A stretch of DNA of 64,000 nucleotides. Origin: Synechococcus sp. UW140. Its GTDB lineage: Bacteria; Pseudomonadota; Alphaproteobacteria; Sphingomonadales; Sphingomonadaceae. Made by a program: the position numbers and the translations under genes. The stretch is taken from contig CALRKY020000011.1 of the NCBI GenBank assembly GCA_943368345.1, forward strand, positions 14,251 through 78,250. The letters are read 5' to 3'. The notes beneath the pieces are model-generated. The model searched no databases, was not told the origin of the DNA, and saw nothing but the letters and a program-made list of their open reading frames with translations. Below, in pieces: positions 57,598-64,000 of the stretch. Positions within the stretch are counted from its first letter, which is position 1; every line of letters starts with the position of its first letter.

Positions 57598-58325
57598 CAG
57601 GCAGCTTCCGCAACAGGCTGGGGCCGCCAGACATTGCTGTTTATCTCGTCCGCAACAATCAGCCCGTCGCGGAACCGGACAATGCGATTGCAGGCTCTCG
57701 CCACCTGTTCATCGTGGGTCACAATGATGACCGTTTGCCCGCCAGCGTTCAGATGTTGGAACAGCAGGATGATGCTTTCACCGGTCCGGCTGTCGAGCGC
57801 GCCGGTTGGCTCGTCGGCGAGCAGGATGGCGGGTTCATTGACCAACGCCCGGGCGATGGCAACCCGCTGCTGCTGGCCGCCGGACAATTCGGTCGGTAGA
57901 TGATGCGCCCGGTCGCCGAGGCCGACCCGCGCCAGCCGGTCCCGCGCCACCGCATTGGCATCGCCCTTGAACTGGCGGGCATAGAGCAGCGGCATCGCGA
58001 CATTGTCGAGGGCCGGCAACCGCGCGAGCAGCTGGAATTGCTGGAACACGAAGCCGACCGCCCGGGACCGCAGATTGGCCAGCGCCTCGCTGTCGGCGGT
58101 CTCCAGCGCGACGCCGTCGACACTGATCGACCCGGCGCTCGGCACATCGAGCGCGCCGACCAGGTTCATGAAGGTCGATTTGCCCGATCCGGACGGCCCC
58201 ATCACCGCGACCATCTCACCGCGCCGGATGGTGAGGGACACGCCGGCCAGGGCGGCGACCACCGTCTCCCCCATCCGGTAGTCCTTTCGGACATCGGTCG
58301 CCACGATGATCGGCGGCTGGGTCAT
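57597..58325 (-). CDS. ABC transporter ATP-binding protein (MacB/LolD-like)
   Basis: Walker A GPSGSGKST, signature LSGGQQQRVAIARAL and Walker B ILLADEPTGALD. Confidence 0.92.
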   Translation of the reverse strand: MTQPPIIVATDVRKDYRMGETVVAALAGVSLTIRRGEMVAVMGPSGSGKSTFMNLVGALDVPSAGSISVDGVALETADSEALANLRSRAVGFVFQQFQLLARLPALDNVAMPLLYARQFKGDANAVARDRLARVGLGDRAHHLPTELSGGQQQRVAIARALVNEPAILLADEPTGALDSRTGESIILLFQHLNAGGQTVIIVTHDEQVARACNRIVRFRDGLIVADEINSNVWRPQPVAEAA

Positions 58326-59791
58326 TTGGCAGCGTCCTCGTCGGGAACGACCTCCCCGGTGATGACCTTGTCTCCGGCTTTCAGCTGCCCGCCGCGCAGG
58401 GCTGCGAACTCCTCGTCACCGGTGCTGATGCGCACAAAGCGCCGCTGCGGCTCGCCCTTGGCATCGAGCACCCAGACTCCACCGGACTTGCCACCATCAC
58501 CGCCGCGCCCCCGCCCTGCGGGTGGCTGCATCGCCTCAAATCTGATCCGCTGCTCAGGGGTCAGCACGGCTGCGACCTGCGCGCGCATCGCGGCGCGGGC
58601 CTTCTGACGAGCGGTGCGATCCGCACCACCGCCGCTGGATTGTTTCATCGACTGTTCGACAATCTCGGTAATGGTTTTGATCTGCTCTGGGGTCGCATTC
58701 AGACCCTGTGTCATCCGCTCGACAATCGCCGCCGGGTCGGGCCGACCGAAACGTCTGAACATGCCCGGATTGATACCACCACCAAGCGGATTGCCACCAG
58801 CGGCGGCTTGGGCTCCACCATTGGCGCTGGCCTCACCAGCGGGCGTATAACGCAACGCAGCGACCGGGACCTTCACCACATCCCGGACCTCCCCGAGAAT
58901 GATATTGGCATTGGCGGTCATGCCGGGGAGCAATTTCCCGTCCGGATTCCCCGCCGTGATAATCACGGTGTAGGTGACGACATTCGATGTTTCGATCCCG
59001 GCAATGCGAACCTCGCTCACCGACCCTTTGAACGTGTCATCAGGGTAGGCATCGACGGTGAAGTCGACCGACTGGCCCTTTTTCACCCGGCCGATATCGG
59101 CCTCGTCCACCGCCGCCTCGACCTGCATCCGCGACAGGTCCTCGGCGATGATGAATAATTTGGGTGCCTGAAGGCTGGCCGCTACGGTTTGACCAAGGTT
59201 GATCGACCGGTCGATCACCGTGCCATCGACGGGCGCCCGGATATAGGTTCGGGTCACATCAATACGCGCCTGTGACAAAGCCGCCTGATTCTGCGCCACG
59301 GCTGCGCGCGCTGACGCCAGTTGCGCCCGGGCCTGCGCCACCCCGGCCTCCAGTGTCTGGATATTGCGCTTGGTGACAAAGCCATTGGCGACCAGCGCCG
59401 ATTTTGCCGCATAATCGCGCTGTGCCTCGGTCAGGGCCGCCTGCGCCTGCATAACCTGCGCCGCAGCCCCGGCGGCCAGAGCCGTGTTCTGCGCTTCACG
59501 AGCCGCAAAGGTCGACGGGTCGATCCGGGCCAGGATCTGCCCTTTTTTCACCGGCGTGTTGAAGTCGGCAAATAGCTCGGTCACTTGCCCGGACAGCTGC
59601 GACCCGACTTCAACCGTATTGACCGCCCGGATTTTGCCGGATGCCGAAATCGACGTGACGATATCGCCGCGTTCGACCGTCGATGTCTTATATTCAATCT
59701 TGGGCGCTGGATCCCTAAACAGCAGGAACGCGCCGATCAAGGCAATGACGACCACGCCCCATGCCCAGATGGGGATACGCTTCAATGACAT
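58322..59791 (-). CDS. Periplasmic adaptor (HlyD/MacA-type membrane fusion protein) with a C-proximal Gly-rich/LTxxQ insertion
   Basis: N-terminal TM span, a coiled-coil hairpin region (AQ..ALTEAQRDY..LEAGVAQARAQL), and lipoyl and beta-barrel blocks. There is a 4-nt overlap with the ATPase gene. Confidence 0.85.
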   Translation of the reverse strand: MSLKRIPIWAWGVVVIALIGAFLLFRDPAPKIEYKTSTVERGDIVTSISASGKIRAVNTVEVGSQLSGQVTELFADFNTPVKKGQILARIDPSTFAAREAQNTALAAGAAAQVMQAQAALTEAQRDYAAKSALVANGFVTKRNIQTLEAGVAQARAQLASARAAVAQNQAALSQARIDVTRTYIRAPVDGTVIDRSINLGQTVAASLQAPKLFIIAEDLSRMQVEAAVDEADIGRVKKGQSVDFTVDAYPDDTFKGSVSEVRIAGIETSNVVTYTVIITAGNPDGKLLPGMTANANIILGEVRDVVKVPVAALRYTPAGEASANGGAQAAAGGNPLGGGINPGMFRRFGRPDPAAIVERMTQGLNATPEQIKTITEIVEQSMKQSSGGGADRTARQKARAAMRAQVAAVLTPEQRIRFEAMQPPAGRGRGGDGGKSGGVWVLDAKGEPQRRFVRISTGDEEFAALRGGQLKAGDKVITGEVVPDEDAAK

Positions 59792-59915
59792 GCTGATCCT
59801 CGGGGAAAAGGGGACTCCAACATCGTAATACGCACGAACACCCGATTATCCCCCAAGCGCAAGATAGGCAGCCCATCCGCCCGGTACAACCCGAGCGGAT
59901 GGGGCAATCGATGCC

Positions 59916-60920
59916 CTATAGTTTCACCAGCATCTTGCCGGTGTTGCCGCCGCTGAACAGGCCAAGGAAGGCGTTGGCGGCATTGTCGATGCCGTGCTTG
60001 ACCGTCTCCTCCGACTTGATCTGCCCGGACTGGAGCCACGCCGTCATGTCGGTCAAGAATTGCGGTTTCAGATGCCCGAATTGGATCACGATGAAACCGC
60101 GAATGGTCAGGCCCTTGCCGACAATCTGGATCATGTTGCGGGGGCCGGGCGTCGGCTCGGTGTCATTATAGGCGGAAATCATGCCGCATTCGGCAAAGCG
60201 GGCCAGCGGACGCGCGGTTTCGATGGCGACTTCCAGATGCTCGCCGCCGACATTATCGAAATAAATATCGATGCCCTTGGGGACGGCGGATTGAACGGCG
60301 GATAGCAGGCTGCCGCAGGTCCGGTAGTTGATGGCATGATCGACCCCGACCGACCGGAGCCAGTCACATTTCTCATCCGTTCCGGCAGTGGCAACCACCG
60401 TGCAGCCCTTGATCTTGGCAATCTGCGCAACGAGCGAACCGACCGCACCGGCACCGCCCGACACAAACACTGTATCGCCGGGCTTCGGCTGGCCGATTTC
60501 GAGCAGGCCGGCATAAGCGGTCAGACCCGGCATCCCGAGCACGCCGAGATAGGATTCGACCGGCACATTGCTGGTGGGAAGTTTTTCGAGCGTACCGCCC
60601 GGCGCGACAAAGCCCTCGCGCCAGCCCATCATCGACAGCACCTGATCGCCGGGCTGGAAATTTGCATCGCGCGATTCGACCACGGTACCAACCGCACCGC
60701 CCTGCAGCGCCTCCCCGATCTGGAACGGCGGCACATAGCTGGCCCGGTCATACATCCTGCCGCGCATATAGGGATCAACCGACATCCAGCTGTTGCGGAC
60801 TAGCACCCGCCCCTCGCCGGGGCCGCCGAGATCAACCGATGCAACCTCGAAATCGCTGTCCTTTGGCACGCCGACGGGACGAACCTTCAGACGAACTTCG
60901 CGCGATGTGAATCCTGCCAT
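59916..60920 (-). CDS. NADP-dependent medium-chain oxidoreductase (alkenal/one reductase, YncB/CurA-like)
   Basis: 334 aa with cofactor loop VSGGAGAVGSLVAQIAK and C-terminal GGNTGKMLVKL. Confidence 0.85.
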   Translation of the reverse strand: MAGFTSREVRLKVRPVGVPKDSDFEVASVDLGGPGEGRVLVRNSWMSVDPYMRGRMYDRASYVPPFQIGEALQGGAVGTVVESRDANFQPGDQVLSMMGWREGFVAPGGTLEKLPTSNVPVESYLGVLGMPGLTAYAGLLEIGQPKPGDTVFVSGGAGAVGSLVAQIAKIKGCTVVATAGTDEKCDWLRSVGVDHAINYRTCGSLLSAVQSAVPKGIDIYFDNVGGEHLEVAIETARPLARFAECGMISAYNDTEPTPGPRNMIQIVGKGLTIRGFIVIQFGHLKPQFLTDMTAWLQSGQIKSEETVKHGIDNAANAFLGLFSGGNTGKMLVKL

Positions 60921-61008
60921 GCCATTTCTCCCAATTCTTCGCTTTCGTGACGTGCCTGCTTAGCCCATATCGGCCCGCCCGCAAGCGGGGTGCAATTGAG
61001 AGGGTAGA

Positions 61009-62238
61009 ATGTCAGCCGAAACCGCACAGGACCGCACCGGGCTGCATCCCGGATTGGGGATGGTCGTGCTGCTGGGTGCGATGACGGCCTTCGGCGCGAT
61101 TTCAATCGATATGTATCTGCCGGCGGTCCCGACCATTGCGACGGCGCTCGGGTCTGACCTCGCAGCGGCCGAGCGAACCGTCGCCGTGTTCTTCCTTGGC
61201 ATGGGTATTGGCCAGCTGATCTATGGCCCGCTCGCGGATCGCATCGGTCGCCGCCCGCCGTTGCTAGCCGGAGTTTTCCTGTATGTTGTTGCGTCCGTCG
61301 CCTGTGCGGTCGCAACCTCGGTTGAATTGCTGACCGTTGCGCGGTTGGCACAGGCACTGGGGGCGTGCGTGGGAATCGTGATTGCCCGGGCCGTGGTGCG
61401 GGATCGCTATGACCCGAACGAGACCGCGCGAATCCTGTCATTGCTGATGTTGGTGATGGGATTGGCCCCCATCCTCGCGCCTTTGGCGGGGAGCCTGGTG
61501 ATGGAAATTGCCGGCTGGCGCGCAATTTTCTGGGTGTTGTCGGCGTTTGGTGCCGCAGTCGGCCTCGCGATATGGTTGACGCTACCCGAAAGCCGGTCCG
61601 CGCTGACCGCTGAGACGGCACGCGGCGAGTCGGCGCTGGCGTCCTACCTCGCGATTTTTCGGGACCAGCGGCTGTCTGGCTATTTGCTCACCGGATCGCT
61701 GAACGGTGCTTGCATGTTCACCTATATCGTTGGCTCTCCCGGCCTGTTGATCGGTCTGTACGGTATGTCGCCAATGATGTTCGGCTGGGTCTTTGGGGCC
61801 AATGCCATCGGGCTGGTCGCGGGAAGCCAGCTCAGCCGTGCGCTGTTGACGCGCTGGTCGTCCGATCAGGTGCTGGCGGTTGCGGGACCATTGGTGCTCG
61901 GGTTTGCGGCGTTGCTGCTGGTCAGCGCGCTCACCGGCTGGGGCGGCCTTGCCGGGATATTGGTGCCGCTGTTCCTGATCCTGTCGACCTTTGGCTTCAC
62001 CGGCTCCAACACCGTGGCAGGCGCGCTCAATCGTGATCCATCCCGCAGCGGTACGGTGTCTGCGGCCTTTGGCGGCTTGTCTGCCGGTGCCGGGGCGCTG
62101 GTCGCATCGATTGCCGGGTTGCTGCATGACGGAACGGCGGTGCCGATGGCCGCCGTGATGACGGTTTGTGCGGGAGGAGCGGTTCTGTCGCTGTTCCTGC
62201 TGGCGCGGCCCGCGTTATTTTTGCGCGCGGGCGGTTGA
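61009..62238 (+). CDS. MFS drug-efflux transporter, Bcr/CflA subfamily
   Basis: FGAISIDMYLPAVPTIA and GPLADRIGRRPPLL motifs, with 12 TM spans. Confidence 0.85.
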   Translation: MSAETAQDRTGLHPGLGMVVLLGAMTAFGAISIDMYLPAVPTIATALGSDLAAAERTVAVFFLGMGIGQLIYGPLADRIGRRPPLLAGVFLYVVASVACAVATSVELLTVARLAQALGACVGIVIARAVVRDRYDPNETARILSLLMLVMGLAPILAPLAGSLVMEIAGWRAIFWVLSAFGAAVGLAIWLTLPESRSALTAETARGESALASYLAIFRDQRLSGYLLTGSLNGACMFTYIVGSPGLLIGLYGMSPMMFGWVFGANAIGLVAGSQLSRALLTRWSSDQVLAVAGPLVLGFAALLLVSALTGWGGLAGILVPLFLILSTFGFTGSNTVAGALNRDPSRSGTVSAAFGGLSAGAGALVASIAGLLHDGTAVPMAAVMTVCAGGAVLSLFLLARPALFLRAGG

Positions 62239-62404
62239 ACTCTCGGGCACCCGACCCATATCTCGGTCTTGCGGGCCGGGCCCCTCTGACGATCCTTGCG
62301 GATCGTGATGTCGGACCGCTTCGGGCTTGGCCCGATCGTGGGTCCGGCTGACTGCGTTCAGACCATCCTTCGCATCGGTCAGGCTCGTGTCCTGCTGTGC
62401 GGAG

Positions 62405-63334
62405 ATGATCGTGGACCTACCAATCTGGGCCTGGGTGGCCTTCAATGCCCTTGTACTATTGCTGCTCGCGTTTGACCTTGGCGTCCTCCACCGCAAAGCG
62501 CGGGAAATCGGGGTGCGGGAGGCGTTGGCCTTGTCCGGCGGCTATATTGCCATCGCGCTGGCCTTCAACGCCTTCATTTTTTTCCAGTTTGGGGAGCAGC
62601 GGGGTCTGGAGTTCCTGACCGGCTATCTCATCGAAAAATCGCTCAGTCTCGACAATGTGTTCGTCATCGCGCTGATTTTCGGGGCTCTGGCGATTCCGCC
62701 GCAATATCAGCACCGGGTGCTGTTTTGGGGCATCCTCGGCGCGCTGGTCATGCGGGCGGCCCTGATCTTCGCCGGGTCAGCGCTGATCATGGAGTTCCGC
62801 TGGATCGTCTATGTGTTCGGCGCCTTCCTGCTGTTCACCGGCTACCAGATGCTGCGCACCGCCGATCAGAAGCCGGATATCGAGAATAGCTCGGTCCTGC
62901 GCTTTGCCCGCAAGCATTTCCGGGTCACTGAAAAACTCGAAGGCGAGAAGTTTCTCGTCAGGCGTGACGGACTGCTGTGGGCAACGCCGTTGATGCTCGC
63001 CCTGCTGATGGTAGAGGTCACGGACCTGGTGTTCGCGGTCGATTCAATCCCGGCGATCTTTGCAATCACGACGGATCCGTTCATCGTCTACACCAGCAAT
63101 GTGTTTGCCATCCTTGGGCTCCGGGCGCTGTATTTTGCCTTGGCTGGCATTCTGCCGCGCTTTGTCTACCTGAAGCACGGCCTGTCGATTGTGCTGATGC
63201 TGGTCGGCATCAAGATGCTGCTGGTCGATGTCTGGAAGGTGCCGACGGCGATGGCTCTGGCCGCGACTGTTGGTGTCATCGGCGGCTCCATCCTGCTGTC
63301 GATGTGGAAGACGCGCGAGCAACCGGCGGCCTGA
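62405..63334 (+). CDS. TerC-family integral membrane protein
   Basis: YLIEKSLSLDNVFVIALIF and AVDSIPAIFAIT are TerC hallmarks. Start taken at ATG 62405 (MIVDLPIWAW..). Confidence 0.85.
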   Translation: MIVDLPIWAWVAFNALVLLLLAFDLGVLHRKAREIGVREALALSGGYIAIALAFNAFIFFQFGEQRGLEFLTGYLIEKSLSLDNVFVIALIFGALAIPPQYQHRVLFWGILGALVMRAALIFAGSALIMEFRWIVYVFGAFLLFTGYQMLRTADQKPDIENSSVLRFARKHFRVTEKLEGEKFLVRRDGLLWATPLMLALLMVEVTDLVFAVDSIPAIFAITTDPFIVYTSNVFAILGLRALYFALAGILPRFVYLKHGLSIVLMLVGIKMLLVDVWKVPTAMALAATVGVIGGSILLSMWKTREQPAA

Positions 63335-63425
63335 ATTCGGCGGGTCTCCCTATCCCTTCCGACATTGCGGAATATGTGCGGGGCGGGCTAGCGTTCGCCT
63401 CGCACAGCATATTCGGGAGATGGAC

Positions 63426-64000
63426 ATGAGCGACCTCGGCGGCAAAACTGCGCTGATCACCGGCGCAGCCTCTGGCATCGGACGGGCAGCGGCGCAGCTG
63501 TTCGCGGCGGCAGGTGCCAGCCTCGTGCTGGTTGACCGTGCCGAAGCGGTGGAGGCAACGCGCGACATGGTTCGCGCCGCAGGCGGCAAAGCCGAAGCCG
63601 TGGTTGGCGATGTGGCTGACAAGGCGCTGGTCGACCGCTCGGTCGCACTCGCCGTCAGCCAGTTCGGCGGTTTGCATGCGACCTTCGCCAATGCCGGGGT
63701 CGGCGGCGGACTGGTGACGCTGCTCGATCAGACGGTGGAGGAATGGGAACAGGTCCTGCGGGTCAATTTGATCGCGGTCTTCCTCGCCGTCCAGGCTTCT
63801 GCCCGGGTGATGATCCCGCAGGGCGGCGGGTCCATCGTCCTGACGGCGAGCGTTGCCGGTATCCGGTCGGGCGCGGGCGGCATGGCCTATTCCGCATCCA
63901 AGGCAGGTGTCATCAACATGGCAGCGACTGCGGCCAACCAATTGTCAGGGACCGGGGTCCGGGTGAACGCCATCTGCCCCGGCCTGACCGAGACCGGAAT
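63426..64000 (+). CDS. Short-chain dehydrogenase/reductase (SDR), 3' end outside window
   Basis: It is not in the track because there is no stop in the window. The translation MSDLGGKTALITGAASGIGRA...YSASKAG...NAICPG carries the classical SDR motifs TGxxxGIG and YxxxK. GGGAGA RBS. An alternative ATG lies at 63420. Confidence 0.85.
   Translation, partial: MSDLGGKTALITGAASGIGRAAAQLFAAAGASLVLVDRAEAVEATRDMVRAAGGKAEAVVGDVADKALVDRSVALAVSQFGGLHATFANAGVGGGLVTLLDQTVEEWEQVLRVNLIAVFLAVQASARVMIPQGGGSIVLTASVAGIRSGAGGMAYSASKAGVINMAATAANQLSGTGVRVNAICPGLTETG

Noticed and set aside
62239-62404. Possible yybP-ykoY (Mn2+) riboswitch in the 165-nt leader of the TerC-family gene
   Set aside because: TerC genes often carry this riboswitch. 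The conserved GGGGAGTAG and 3' GAGACAT-type elements are absent here. Only generic hairpins, such as ACGATCC-ttgc-GGATCGT, are visible.
63276-63941. 221-aa minus-strand ORF at the right end of the window
   Set aside because: It is antisense to an open plus-strand frame with classical SDR motifs (TGAASGIG, YSASK) that runs off the window.

Overview
This is a high-GC chromosomal segment whose gene content looks alphaproteobacterial and sphingomonad-like. The taxon is an inference. No searches could be run, so all product names rest on motifs and architectures I recognise in the translated ORFs.

I support about 55 protein genes. I found no rRNA, tRNA, CRISPR array, transposase or integrase.

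Layout:
- **1-9.9 kb:** a visibly AT-richer surface-glycan island. It runs sugar-P transferase, GT4, WbpG-like amidotransferase, HisF/HisH paralogues, Wzx-like flippase, WbpE/WbpD/WbpB-like enzymes and a second GT4. Most of these genes are joined by 1-4 nt overlaps.
- **10-14.9 kb:** an LplT-like MFS gene and a YjbE/YjbF/YjbH-type exopolysaccharide secretion set.
- **14.9-19.5 kb:** the glyoxylate shunt, as aceB and an XRE/ImmA-type regulator divergent from aceA.
- **19.5-20.0 kb:** an orphan non-coding stretch of about 520 bp.
- **20-29.2 kb:** a TonB-dependent receptor, a GntR regulator, a CoA-transferase, an isochorismatase-like amidase and HyuB/HyuA.
- **29.4-38.1 kb:** housekeeping genes (cupin, msrA, rlmB, rplS-trmD-[vapC-vapB]-rimM-rpsP-ffh, kup).
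- **38.3-53 kb:** ald, an MFS gene, an acyl-CoA synthetase, an FMO-MarR-Acg operon, two acyl-CoA dehydrogenases and a giant NAD-glutamate dehydrogenase.
- **53-64 kb:** a PAS-like protein with an unknown C-terminal half, an S9 peptidase, a MacAB-like efflux system, an NADP oxidoreductase, a Bcr/CflA MFS gene, TerC and a partial SDR.

I did not find a clearly novel multi-gene system. The observations most worth a second look are:
- a vapBC toxin-antitoxin cassette with its own twin-palindrome operator, inserted into the conserved rimM-trmD junction;
- a repeat-built YjbE/GfcA-like secreted protein in a rearranged yjb locus that lacks yjbG;
- the orphan structured non-coding region downstream of aceA;
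- a GntR operator pair linking a TonB receptor to a hydantoinase/amidase cluster;
- a protein of unknown C-terminal domain upstream of the giant GDH.

Many very long ORFs in the six-frame track are antisense shadows typical of high-GC DNA, and I rejected them.
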